Notes: generated by a model not told the origin, from the sequence alone. A stretch of DNA of 64,000 nucleotides from Dehalococcoidia bacterium (GCA_965203835.1 OZ241919.1:694140-758139), one strand, 5' to 3'; positions 8,651 to 17,961 are shown, counted from the first letter of the stretch. Made by a program: numbers and translations.

Positions 8651-9784
8651 ATGACTACGGTTAAGAAAGACCGGACTCTGGTCGTTATAGAACTTCAGGG
8701 AGGCAACGACGCCCTGAACACGGTAATTCCCTACAGCAACGGCCTCTATTACGACTACCGCTCCAGTATCGGCATACCCCAGGAAGAGGTCATCAAGCTT
8801 AACGACGAGATTGGGATCAACTCCACCCTCGCCCCAATCAAGACCCTTTGGGACCGGGGCAACATGGCCATCATCAATGGCGTGGGGTATGACAACCCCA
8901 ACCGCTCCCATTTCCGCTCACGGGACATCTGGTACACCGCACAGACGGACCGCATCGGAGCCGAGGGATGGCTGGGCGCCACCATCCGTGACCTTGACCC
9001 CACGGCTGAGAACGTGCTGACCGGCGTCAACTTCGGCCGCGGTCTCCCCAGGGTCATGATGTGCAAGGGCGTGCCGGTAGCCTCCGTGGGCAACCTGGAG
9101 ACCTACGGCCTCATGCCCGACATCAAGGACGAAAGCATGCGCCGGGAGGCATTGGAGGCTTTCAGCCGGTTGTACGGTCCGACGGGCGGAAAAGACACCG
9201 TCGCCCAGGTACTGGGCCAGTCCGGCTCCGACGCTTTGAAAGGCGCCGACATACTCAGGACCGCGCCGCAGAAGTATTCCTCCAGCGTGGAGTACGCCGA
9301 CAACCCCATCGCCCAGTCCCTCAAGAACGTGGCGCAGGTCATGTCCGCCGACTTGGGCACCAGGGTCTACTACACCACCCACGGCAGTTTCGACACCCAC
9401 AGCAACGAGTTGATGGCCCACGCCAAGCTGTGGACCGACGTGGGCGGCGCCATCGCCGACTTCACCGAAGACTTGCGGGAGCAGGGGTTGGAGAATGACA
9501 CGGTCATCCTGGTCTGGTCCGAGTTCGGGCGCCGCATCCAGGACAACGGCACTGGATGCGATCACGGCTCCGGGGGCTCCGCCTTCGTTATCGGTGGTCA
9601 GGTGAACGGTGGGATCTACGGCGAATACCCGTCGCTCAAGGCCGAGGACCATGTGGAAGGCGACATGCGCTTCAACAACGACTTCCGGTCCACCTACTCC
9701 ACTATCCTGGAGCGTTGGCTCGGCTTGGACGCCGCGCCCATAACCAACGGCAAGTTCGAGCAGTTCAACTTCCTCGACAAGTAG
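8651..9784 (+). CDS. DUF1501 family protein (alkaline-phosphatase-like fold)
   Basis: LVVIELQGGNDALNTVIP, PNRSHFRS, FDTH, SEFGRR, DHG, DFRSTYST; GGAGG RBS. Confidence 0.9.
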   Translation: MTTVKKDRTLVVIELQGGNDALNTVIPYSNGLYYDYRSSIGIPQEEVIKLNDEIGINSTLAPIKTLWDRGNMAIINGVGYDNPNRSHFRSRDIWYTAQTDRIGAEGWLGATIRDLDPTAENVLTGVNFGRGLPRVMMCKGVPVASVGNLETYGLMPDIKDESMRREALEAFSRLYGPTGGKDTVAQVLGQSGSDALKGADILRTAPQKYSSSVEYADNPIAQSLKNVAQVMSADLGTRVYYTTHGSFDTHSNELMAHAKLWTDVGGAIADFTEDLREQGLENDTVILVWSEFGRRIQDNGTGCDHGSGGSAFVIGGQVNGGIYGEYPSLKAEDHVEGDMRFNNDFRSTYSTILERWLGLDAAPITNGKFEQFNFLDK

Positions 9785-9822
9785 ACCGCGCCGGACACTT
9801 CCAACCTACCGGCTTGAACAAG

Positions 9823-9854
9823 CAGCGCCCCCGTGTATGGGGGCGCTGTCTTTT
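9823..9854 (+). terminator. Rho-independent terminator
   Basis: CAGCGCCCCC-gtgtat-GGGGGCGCTG followed by TCTTTT. Confidence 0.75.
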
Positions 9855-9934
9855 GAGGAGTTTTCACCAGATTGCCCCATGCTGGGCTAACCTGTAGAAT
9901 CCACGTGCAAGCAACTAAGAAGGGAGGTCCTCAG

Positions 9935-10324
9935 ATGAGTCTTACTTTAGACGATGCAAACCGCATGATCGCAGCAGCCAAGGCCAAAGCCGAAGAGCTT
10001 GGCGTGAGCCTGAGCATCGCCGTCTGTGACGGCGGCGGCGCCCTTTTGTCGTTCAACCGCATGGCCGGCGCCAGTGCAATTACCGCCACCGTGGCCCAAG
10101 GCAAAGCGGCGGCTTCCGCCGGGTTCGGCCGCGCCAGCGGGACTTTGCAGGCCGACTCTCCTGTCATCCAAGCCGTCATCTCCGCTACCGGCGGGCGGAT
10201 GATTCCTGCTCAAGGCGCGGTGCCAATACGACAGAACGGTGAACTGGTAGGCGCCATCGGGGCCAGCGGCGCTACGGCGCAGCAGGACGAAGACTGTGCC
10301 CAAGCGGGGCTGGACGCGCTTTAG
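9935..10324 (+). CDS. GlcG/HbpS-like heme-binding protein
   Basis: IAVCDGGG.L..F.RM, A.GKA, GAVPI...G..VGAIGASGAT..QDE.CA; GGGAGG RBS. Confidence 0.85.
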   Translation: MSLTLDDANRMIAAAKAKAEELGVSLSIAVCDGGGALLSFNRMAGASAITATVAQGKAAASAGFGRASGTLQADSPVIQAVISATGGRMIPAQGAVPIRQNGELVGAIGASGATAQQDEDCAQAGLDAL

Positions 10325-10397
10325 TCCCGCTGCTGCGACATCCTCTGGACAATCCATTGTCTTTTCATTGTCGAAAAATTTATCTGAGGAACGCGCT

Positions 10398-11930
10398 ATG
10401 AAGTATGACGTTGTAATCATAGGGGCCGGGTCGGCGGGGTGTGTTCTGGCCTCCCGCTTGTCCGAGGATCCCAACCGGTCCGTACTGCTGCTCGAGGCCG
10501 GCCCGGACTACCCCGACTTTGAGACCTACCCCGACGACCTGAAGTTCGGCTACAACCAGCTTGCATCCGCAGTGGACGCTCCCCACAACTGGTCGTTCCG
10601 GGGCACTCCCACGGCGGAGCAGGGGGAGACCATGCCGGTGCCGAGAGGCCGGGTGGTCGGAGGTTCCAGTGCCATCAACGGACAAGTGTTCCTGCGGGGC
10701 GTCCCCGAGGACTACGACAACTGGGCGTCATGGGGCAACGACGAATGGTCCTTCGTCAAGACCCTGCCTTACTTCAGGATGTCCGAGACCGACACCGACA
10801 TCCACGACGACTTTCACGGCTCGGAAGGCCCCATCCCGGTGCGCCGGCACAAGGAAGAGACCTGGCTGCCGGCCCAAGTAGCCTTTTACCAAGCCTGCCG
10901 GGAAGACGGCTATCCACACGATCCGGACATGAACCATCCGGATTCCTGGGGCGTCGGCCCCATACCGATGAACAACCCCAACGGCGTCCGCATGAGTACG
11001 TCGCTGACCTACTTGGGCCAAGCACGCCACCGGCTCAACCTCACCGTCCGGGCCAACGTAACGGTTCACCGCATTGTTTTCGAGGGAAACCGCGCCACCG
11101 GAGTCGACGTTGAGAGCGGGGACGAACGGTTCATCGTAGAGGCTGACCAGGTCATTCTCAGCGCCGGCGGCATCGGTTCGCCCCAGTTGCTGATGCTGTC
11201 GGGTGTAGGCCCGGCTGACCACCTGAGGGAAATGGGCATACCCATCGTTCACGAGTCTCCGGGAGTGGGCCAGAACTTGCGGGACCATCCCAATGTCCGT
11301 GTGCCGGTGAAGGTCAAGGAAGACTTCCCATTGGACCCCGAGGCCCCGCGCAGCCAGTTGGGTCTGCGCTACACGGCGTCCGGCTCCAAAGACCGGAACG
11401 ACATGCAGATTATGCAGTCCTCCTTCTCGTCTCCCATGGGCGGCGACCCGCTGGAAGGCGAGGGCATCCGATTCACCTGCGTGCTGGAACTGGCGGTGGG
11501 AGCGGGTGAACTGAAACTTGCCTCCACCGACCCCCACGATCAACCCGTGCTGGACTACCGTTACCTGCAAGAGCCGTGGGACAGGGAGCGCCTGCGGGAA
11601 GGCGTCCGCATGTGCATGAAATTCCTGGAGAACGACTCCTACAAGGACATCGTGGAGGAGTGCATTACGCCGCAGCCCGAGGACCTGGTGTCCGACGAGG
11701 CGCTGGACCAGTGGCTGCTGCGTAACGTTACCACCACCCAGCACATCTCCGGCACCTGCAAGATGGGGCCGGACTCCGACCCGATGGCGGTGCTGGACCA
11801 GTACTGCCGGGTGCGCGGACTGGAAGGCCTGCGGGTGGTGGACGTTTCCACCCTGCCGGACTGTGTGCGGGCCAACACCAACGCCACCACTATAATGATC
11901 GCCGAGCGGGTGGCCGAGTGGTTGAAGTAG
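10398..11930 (+). CDS. GMC family FAD oxidoreductase (choline dehydrogenase/MftG-like)
   Basis: GAGSAGCVLA.RLSE, RGRVVGGSSAING, GVGQNLRDH, HISGTCKMG, ANTNATTIMIAE. Confidence 0.92.
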   Translation: MKYDVVIIGAGSAGCVLASRLSEDPNRSVLLLEAGPDYPDFETYPDDLKFGYNQLASAVDAPHNWSFRGTPTAEQGETMPVPRGRVVGGSSAINGQVFLRGVPEDYDNWASWGNDEWSFVKTLPYFRMSETDTDIHDDFHGSEGPIPVRRHKEETWLPAQVAFYQACREDGYPHDPDMNHPDSWGVGPIPMNNPNGVRMSTSLTYLGQARHRLNLTVRANVTVHRIVFEGNRATGVDVESGDERFIVEADQVILSAGGIGSPQLLMLSGVGPADHLREMGIPIVHESPGVGQNLRDHPNVRVPVKVKEDFPLDPEAPRSQLGLRYTASGSKDRNDMQIMQSSFSSPMGGDPLEGEGIRFTCVLELAVGAGELKLASTDPHDQPVLDYRYLQEPWDRERLREGVRMCMKFLENDSYKDIVEECITPQPEDLVSDEALDQWLLRNVTTTQHISGTCKMGPDSDPMAVLDQYCRVRGLEGLRVVDVSTLPDCVRANTNATTIMIAERVAEWLK

Positions 11931-11946
11931 CCCAACGGAGGACTCA

Positions 11947-11979
11947 ATAGTCCTCTCACCTGGCGGGTGAGGGGACTAT
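11947..11979. repeat. Intergenic 14-bp hairpin (terminator or second palindromic family)
   Basis: ATAGTCCTCTCACC-tggcg-GGTGAGGGGACTAT; loosely similar sequence at about 41659-41690. Confidence 0.5.
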
Positions 11980-12018
11980 ATCGGATACTTCCAACACCAA
12001 ATTCTAAAGAGGCGCATC

Positions 12019-13200
12019 ATGATCACCGACTTCGGCTGTTTGTACGCCGGCCACGTGGACTTGGGAGACCTTGGCTTGGAGGCCACCGCGGTCAACGACC
12101 GCTGGTTCCCGGACGAGCACCTGAACACCATCTTCGACCGGACGGCCTCCATCGCCACGTTGATGGACCGGCTCGGCTACGACAGCTTCTGGATGGCCGA
12201 ACACCATTTCCAGCGGGAAGGCAACGAGTGCATCGGCAACCTGCTGATGCTGTTCATGCACCTGGCCCACCTCACCAAGAACCTGAAGTTCGGCTGCGGA
12301 TTCAACATTTCGCCCATGTGGCACCCGCTGCGGCTGGCTGAGGACTTCGCCACGGTGGACCTCCTCACCAAGGGCAGGGTCATTTTCGGCGTAGGACGCG
12401 GCTACCACAGCCGCGAGGTGGACACCTTCGGCGCGCCCAGCACTCTCACCGACTCGGATGCCAACCGCGAGTTGTTCGAAGAGCAGGTCGAGGTGATGAT
12501 GAAGGCCTTCAACGAGAAGTCCTTCTCGCATCACGGCAAGTACTACACCATACCGCCTCCGGTGCCCTACAGGGGCTACGAACTGGAGGAAATCACCCTG
12601 GTGCCGCGACCCCTGACAATCCCCGTGGAGTGCTGGCAGCCCATAGTCAGCGCCGGCCAGAGGGCTATGGACTTCATGGCCAAGCACGGCATCAAGGGCA
12701 TCATCGGCGGCGGAGCAGTAACCGGCGGCGCGTCCGACGAAGTAGTAGTACGGTGGCGGGACACCCTGTCCCGCCACGGGCGGGAGACCGAGTTGGGCGG
12801 CGACCTGGTCATCGGCATACCCACCTACATTGCCGAGACCGAGGAACAGGGTATGAAGGAGTGCAAGCGGTTCTATGAAGAGGACATGAAGATGTTTGCA
12901 CCCTTGGGCTTCTTCCGCGGGATGACCGACGCCCAGCTTGCTGACCTGGCCGACCCCAGGCGGGCCCCAACCGCCAACCTGCCCACCATCGAGGATGCAG
13001 TCAGGGCCGGGTCCTGGCTCTGCGGCCCACCGGAACACATCACCGAGCGTCTCATGGAGTTGCAGGACAAGTACCCCGGCTTGGAGGGGGTCCACGTCGG
13101 CTGTACCCGCATGGGCACCCCCTTGGATGTGATGCTCGAACAACTGGAGCTTTTCGGCACCGAGGTAATGCCGACGTTCAAGAACCAGGTGGCGAAATGA
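12019..13200 (+). CDS. LLM-class flavin-dependent oxidoreductase
   Basis: WMAEHHFQREG, WHPLRLAEDFAT.D.L..GRV.FGVGRGY, CGPPE. Confidence 0.9.
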   Translation: MITDFGCLYAGHVDLGDLGLEATAVNDRWFPDEHLNTIFDRTASIATLMDRLGYDSFWMAEHHFQREGNECIGNLLMLFMHLAHLTKNLKFGCGFNISPMWHPLRLAEDFATVDLLTKGRVIFGVGRGYHSREVDTFGAPSTLTDSDANRELFEEQVEVMMKAFNEKSFSHHGKYYTIPPPVPYRGYELEEITLVPRPLTIPVECWQPIVSAGQRAMDFMAKHGIKGIIGGGAVTGGASDEVVVRWRDTLSRHGRETELGGDLVIGIPTYIAETEEQGMKECKRFYEEDMKMFAPLGFFRGMTDAQLADLADPRRAPTANLPTIEDAVRAGSWLCGPPEHITERLMELQDKYPGLEGVHVGCTRMGTPLDVMLEQLELFGTEVMPTFKNQVAK

Positions 13201-14237
13201 CCAGCGATAATAGAGCGACTATCCATCAAGTAGACGGCTTGGACGCCATTGAAGAGTGCTACCGGCGGGGTTGGACCGACGGCCTGCCCGTGGTTCCGCC
13301 GACGGTAGACCGGGTAACGGAGATGCTGGACTACGTCGGCCTCGCGCCGGACCAGGTCCTCGGCGAGGTCGAGGTGCGCCGGCGGGTCTTGACAGCGGAG
13401 CAGGCTGCCGCCAACGCCGTCATGGCCGGATGCCTCCCCAGCTACTTTCCGGTCGTCCTGGCAACCATGCAAGCCCTCTTCGACCACGACCCCAACTGCA
13501 TCCATGAAGCCTCCGCAGCCACCAACTCGCCCGGCATTTTTATGCTGGTCAACGGACCCATACGCCAGCGCATCGGTCTCAACTGCACCGACAACCTGTT
13601 GAGTCCGGGCAACCGGGCCAACTCCACCATCGGGCGGGCGGTGCGGCTGATACTGATGAACGTCTTCGAGCAACATCCCGGCATCCTTGACCGCGGGTGC
13701 ATGGGTTCCCTGACCAAGCAGGGCGTCTGCTTCGGCGAGGACGAGGAACGCAGCCCTTGGGAGCCGTTCCATGTCAGCCGCGGCTTCAAGGCGGAGGAGT
13801 CCACGGTGACGGTGGCGACTATCCAGAGCCCGGAGATCCTGGGCAACCGCTACGGACTGACTGCGGAGAGCCTGATGGACGCCACGGCAGAGGGCATGGC
13901 ATCCCACGGATTGGCCCATTACTTCTTCAACGATACGCCCTGGTTCTGGATAGTGGGCCACTGGCACGCCGAGATGCTGGGCCGGCAGGGTTGGGACCGG
14001 GCCGCCATCCAGCAGTACGTGTGGGAGAGGGCCTGGCGCTCAAGGGCGCACCTGAAGCGGATGGGAGCCTTGAGAGGCGACATCACCAGCGAGGACGAGA
14101 CCTCGCGGGTCCAGGCTGCGGCGTCCCCCGAGGATATCCTGATTGTGAAAGCCGGGGGCGACAGCGGCATTTACAGCGAACTTATAATGAACTACTTCGG
14201 GGTGCTGGCTACCACGGTGCCTATCCCGGAACCATAA
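13197..14237 (+). CDS. Uncharacterised protein of the family usually adjacent or fused to UGSC (seleno)protein domains
   Basis: GWTDGLPVVPPT..RV.EML, A.NAVMAGC.P.YFPVV, RAN.TIGRA.RL, E.EE.SPW.P.HV.RG; ATGA overlap with the upstream LLM. Confidence 0.75.
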   Translation: MTSDNRATIHQVDGLDAIEECYRRGWTDGLPVVPPTVDRVTEMLDYVGLAPDQVLGEVEVRRRVLTAEQAAANAVMAGCLPSYFPVVLATMQALFDHDPNCIHEASAATNSPGIFMLVNGPIRQRIGLNCTDNLLSPGNRANSTIGRAVRLILMNVFEQHPGILDRGCMGSLTKQGVCFGEDEERSPWEPFHVSRGFKAEESTVTVATIQSPEILGNRYGLTAESLMDATAEGMASHGLAHYFFNDTPWFWIVGHWHAEMLGRQGWDRAAIQQYVWERAWRSRAHLKRMGALRGDITSEDETSRVQAAASPEDILIVKAGGDSGIYSELIMNYFGVLATTVPIPEP

Positions 14238-14317
14238 TCGTTCCTTACTCCGATGTGGCAGCCGGGCCGGCTGGCGTATAATGTCCGCGTACCGTCATAC
14301 GACATCAAGAGGCAGCC

Positions 14318-14744
14318 ATGACCACTAGACCAGGACAAATGGCGTCGCCGTCCACCGATACAGAGGCGAGATTCGTCGATCGGCCTCGCAGGCTGAACAC
14401 GCAGAACATCCTCTACCTTCACCGCCCAGGACACATCACCGCCTTGGCCAGGCATTTCGGCCAGCCGGACGCCACCCTGGTCCTTGGAGAAATTCCCGTG
14501 GACTGGCGCCCCAGACAGCGGCAGGGCCAGCTCTATCCCGACCTGATCGTAGCCTTCGAGGTGGATGCCCAAGCCATCATTCAGGAACGGGGCTTCGCTA
14601 TTGAACAAATCGGCAAGCCGCCCGATTTCGTCCTGGAAGTCGCCTCGTTCCGAGGCCCAGCGCATCGCCGCCGAGGCCCAGCGCGACGCGGCCCTGGCCC
14701 GCGTCCGGCAACTGGAGGATGAATTACGCCTCCGAGAAGAATGA
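14318..14744 (+). pseudogene. Internally deleted, frameshifted Uma2-family endonuclease
   Basis: YPDLIVAF...GKPPDFVLEVAS, then a jump to the C-terminal coiled coil SEAQRIAAEAQRDAALARVRQLEDELRLREE* in another frame. Confidence 0.7.
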
Positions 14745-14804
14745 CCGAACGAATGAACCAAATCCAAGAGAGATGCAACAACCAGCAATCGCAGGGAGGA
14801 AACA

Positions 14805-15359
14805 ATGACCACAGCAACGCCGCACAAGGTCCAATTGGTGGACCCCACCGGAGCGGACCCCGGATTGCGCCCTTTGAACCTGGCCCCCCGCCCGGTTGAC
14901 CTGCGTGGCAAGCGGTTGGGACTGCTGGACAATTCCAAGGCGAACTCCGACTACATCCTGCACGCCATTGCCCGTATTCTCAACGAGGAGTACGAGTTTG
15001 CCGACGTGTTCCACGTCAAGAAGCACTCTGCCTCGCTGCCGCCCTACCCGGAGGTGGTTGCCGACCTGCACCGCCACGCCGATGTGGTCATTGCCGGCAT
15101 AGGCGATTGAGGGGGTTGTTCGTCGGGCAGTTTGCACGACGGAATTACCTTGGAGCAGCAGGGGCTGCCCACAGCCACCATCATCACCAGCGTTTTCGTA
15201 ACCACGGCCAGGGCCTACACACGGCTGATGGGAGTGCCGGAGTTCCCTTACTTGGTCTGCCCGCATCCTATCACCAATGTCGGCCCCGCTGAGCTGGATA
15301 CAAGGGCCAGGGACCTTGCTCCCCAAGTAACCCGGCTCTTGCTGGAAGGACGCTTGTAA
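14805..15359 (+). CDS. UGSC-family selenoprotein (in-frame UGA=Sec at 15108-15110, motif GD-U-GG-C)
   Basis: ORFs 14805..15110 and 15132..15359 are in the same frame, joined through TGA GGG GGT TGT; downstream hairpin; GGGAGG RBS. Confidence 0.85.
15121..15141 (+). promoter_or_regulatory. Putative bacterial SECIS element
   Basis: CGTCG-g-GCA-GTT-TGC-a-CGACG, starting 11 nt after the UGA. Confidence 0.6.
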
Positions 15360-15407
15360 CCGGCACATAACGAGGGGGCGCTCCTTGTGGGCGCCCAGGA
15401 GTTTGTA

Positions 15408-16550
15408 ATGAAGATTTCCGTACAGTATGAAATGCAGCGCCCAACCCTGGACGACCACCGGGTCATCGAAGAGACCCTGGAGCAGTGCGTCCTGGCCGAC
15501 GAACTGGGGTTTGACTACCTATGGTTCGTCGAGCACCACTTTCTCACCGGATTCTCCGCATCACCGTCGCCGGAGGTCTTTTACGGCGCCCTGAGCAGGA
15601 TGACCAAGAACATCCGGCTGGGGTTCGGCGTCGTGATACTGCCCTACCACCATCCGGTGCGTGTCGCCGAGCGGGTCGCCATGCTGGACCACTTGTCCCA
15701 CGGGCGAGTGGACCTGGGGACTGGCCGTTCGGCGGTGTACGAACAGACCGGCATGGGCATAGACCCCCGCGAGACCAGGGGCATGTGGGAAGAGTCGCTG
15801 GAAATGATCCCGCAAATATGGGGATCGGACTGGTTCGAGTACGAGGGTAAGTATTGGAACGTGCCGTCGCGCCAGGTACTACCCAAGCCCTACCAGAAGC
15901 CCCACCCGCCCCTTTGGGTGGCCGCCCTGCAGCCGTCCACCTATCAACTGGCGGCGGAGAAAGGCATCGGCGTCCTGTCCTTCGGCGCCAGCGCCCCCGA
16001 TGTCCTGAAGCCCCACATAGACGCTTACCGCGAGACAGTGAAGAACGCTAACCCCGTCGGCGCGGTGGTCAACGACCAGTGGTGCAGTTCCACCCTGGGC
16101 TACTGTGGCGAAAACAACAAGGAGGCCCGCGAACTGGCGGTGGAGTCCATCAAGAACTTCTTCGGCCCCGGACGGCCTTACGTCCAGGACCAGAAGGACA
16201 TCTACGCCAGGCTGCTGGAGAACTGGGGCGGCGTCCCGGAAGACCTTCAGCAGAACTTCCAACGCTATGTTGATTTGGGCAACAACCAGCAGGATGAGGT
16301 GGTCGACCTCTCTGGGGGCTCAGCGATCTCCTACGCCATCTGGAACCAGTTGGACGCCGACACCCTCTGCGACCGGGGCGTGGTAATCGGCGGCGACCCT
16401 GACAGTTGCATCAACGCCCTGAAGCTGCACGAGGCGGCGGGCTGCGACCAGATGATGATCATGATGCAAACGGAGAGCATTCCCCACGAAAAGGTGATGA
16501 AGTCGATTGAGATGTTCGGCAAGTACGTGCTGCCCGAGTTCCAGAAGTAA
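15408..16550 (+). CDS. LLM-class flavin-dependent oxidoreductase
   Basis: WFVEHHFL, HPVRVAERVAMLDHLSHGRVDLGTGR, PKPYQKPHPPLW; AGGAG RBS. Confidence 0.92.
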   Translation: MKISVQYEMQRPTLDDHRVIEETLEQCVLADELGFDYLWFVEHHFLTGFSASPSPEVFYGALSRMTKNIRLGFGVVILPYHHPVRVAERVAMLDHLSHGRVDLGTGRSAVYEQTGMGIDPRETRGMWEESLEMIPQIWGSDWFEYEGKYWNVPSRQVLPKPYQKPHPPLWVAALQPSTYQLAAEKGIGVLSFGASAPDVLKPHIDAYRETVKNANPVGAVVNDQWCSSTLGYCGENNKEARELAVESIKNFFGPGRPYVQDQKDIYARLLENWGGVPEDLQQNFQRYVDLGNNQQDEVVDLSGGSAISYAIWNQLDADTLCDRGVVIGGDPDSCINALKLHEAAGCDQMMIMMQTESIPHEKVMKSIEMFGKYVLPEFQK

Positions 16551-16554
16551 GCGC

Positions 16555-16600
16555 GTAGGACATGGCTCGCCAGGGATTCGTCATCCCTGACATGCCTAAC
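16555..16600. repeat. GTAG-initiated nested hairpin (REP-like)
   Basis: GTAGGACATG...CAGGGAT-tcgtc-ATCCCTG-ACATGCCTAAC between convergent genes. Confidence 0.4.
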
Positions 16601-16614
16601 CGATTGGCAAACAA

Positions 16615-16643
16615 GAAGCCCCCGGAACCATGCCGGGGGCTTC
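16615..16643. terminator. Bidirectional hairpin between convergent genes
   Basis: GAAGCCCCCGG-aaccatg-CCGGGGGCTTC, 11-bp perfect stem. Confidence 0.65.
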
Positions 16644-16672
16644 ACTCGTTGGTTGGACTTTTGCCGAGGCTC

Positions 16673-17260
16673 CTAGTCCTCCAGCCCCAATACCTTCCGC
16701 AAGTCGCGGATGGTCTCGGCTCTCCCACGGGTTGTGCGGCGCACCCGACGGCCTATCGGCTCGTTTTCCACCTCCGGCACGATCTTCATTGCTACGAAGA
16801 CGGGACCGGTCTCGTTCATTATGTTGGCGATGTTAGTCGTAAAGTCCTCGATGTTGTCGAACTCGTAGGCCGCGGCATAACCCGCCTCGCGGGCCATTCC
16901 GGCGTAGTTGATCTCCTGCGCGTTGGGCACCGGCTGCCCGCCGGTAGTGGCGTAACACTCGTTGTCCATCAACAGGTGGAAGAAGTTCTCCGGCTTCTGT
17001 CCCGCAATGGTGGCCAGGATGCCCATGTTCATCAGAAGGGCGCCTTCCGAATCGAACAGCACCACCTTCTCGTCGGGTTGGGCCAGCGCCAACCCCAATG
17101 CGGCGGAGGTAGTGTGGCCCATTGCCCCGCCCAGTGACAGGTCCCTGCTCTCGTTTGTGGTGTGGTCCGCCCAATGCCGGCCTGCGGTACCGGTCACTAT
17201 GACGATGGAGTCTTCCCGGTGTGGCTGAAACGCCTGGAACATTGCATCGGCGTCTATCAA
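16673..17260 (-). CDS. TPP-dependent decarboxylase beta subunit (sulfopyruvate/phosphonopyruvate decarboxylase ComE-like)
   Basis: GAMGH....LGLALA.PD.KVV..DSEGALLMNMG, DNECYATTGGQP. Confidence 0.8.
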   Translation of the reverse strand: MIDADAMFQAFQPHREDSIVIVTGTAGRHWADHTTNESRDLSLGGAMGHTTSAALGLALAQPDEKVVLFDSEGALLMNMGILATIAGQKPENFFHLLMDNECYATTGGQPVPNAQEINYAGMAREAGYAAAYEFDNIEDFTTNIANIMNETGPVFVAMKIVPEVENEPIGRRVRRTTRGRAETIRDLRKVLGLED

Positions 17261-17324
17261 CGTTTGCCTCCTCTCAGTTCAAGAGTGTTGGATTAACGGG
17301 TAAAACAGCAGCCAATGTTTCCTG

Positions 17325-17843
17325 CTAACGGTTGAACCCGTGATATTCGTCTCCGACCAGCACCGCAACCGGGCGCTTCTGGGTCTTGGCCTCTTCGAAG
17401 GCTATGGAGATGCGCGGCGCGTCGTCGTCGTGCTCCACCAAGTAGTAGTTGATGCCCATGGCGTGCAGGAACGGCTCGGTGTACTTGGCTGCGCTGTCGC
17501 TGATTACCCCACGGCGGGTCCAGCCGCGGTAACCAATGACCAGCACCAAGGGAAAGCCGGAGTCCAATGCCATGCCGCGAATCGAGTCGCCCGACTCCAT
17601 CATGCCGGTGTTCTGAATGACGCACACCGGCACCTTCCCGCCCACCAGCAGCCCCAACGCTATGGCGAAGGTTTCCCCCTCCCGGGACGCCGGGACGATG
17701 CTCAGCCAAGGCTGTTCCACCATCAACTCGTAGAGATAGTTGGTCTCGCTGTCGGGTATGGTGACTACGTGGGTGACCCCGTTCTTCCTGAACTCTTCCA
17801 CCAAGGTTTCGGGACGCAAGAGCGCTGCTTGCTGATGGACCAT
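17325..17843 (-). CDS. TPP-dependent decarboxylase alpha subunit (ComD-like)
   Basis: GVTHVVTIPDS, REGE..AIA.G...GGK.P...IQNTG, GYRG, TEPFL.A.GI. Confidence 0.8.
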   Translation of the reverse strand: MVHQQAALLRPETLVEEFRKNGVTHVVTIPDSETNYLYELMVEQPWLSIVPASREGETFAIALGLLVGGKVPVCVIQNTGMMESGDSIRGMALDSGFPLVLVIGYRGWTRRGVISDSAAKYTEPFLHAMGINYYLVEHDDDAPRISIAFEEAKTQKRPVAVLVGDEYHGFNR

Positions 17844-17932
17844 CGAATTCCCCCTTGTCAGTGTAGGTAAATGGTAGGCCCCCTAAATGCAACAGCGGGG
17901 GCCAAGCTTACGTTAACTTACCGGGCAACCGC

Positions 17933-17961
17933 ATTATAGATAGGCTCACTAGAGTGGTCAA
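17933..17961 (-). promoter_or_regulatory. Near-consensus sigma70 promoter for the comDE-like pair
   Basis: TTGACC-17 nt-TATAAT on the minus strand; -35 overlaps inverted repeat GGTCAATTC/GAATTGACC (17956-17984). Confidence 0.7.

Noticed and set aside
15373-15396. GGGGGCGCTCCTTGTGGGCGCCC hairpin as a regulatory RNA
   Set aside because: Single short hairpin resembling generic REP-type palindromes; not enough evidence for a specific function.
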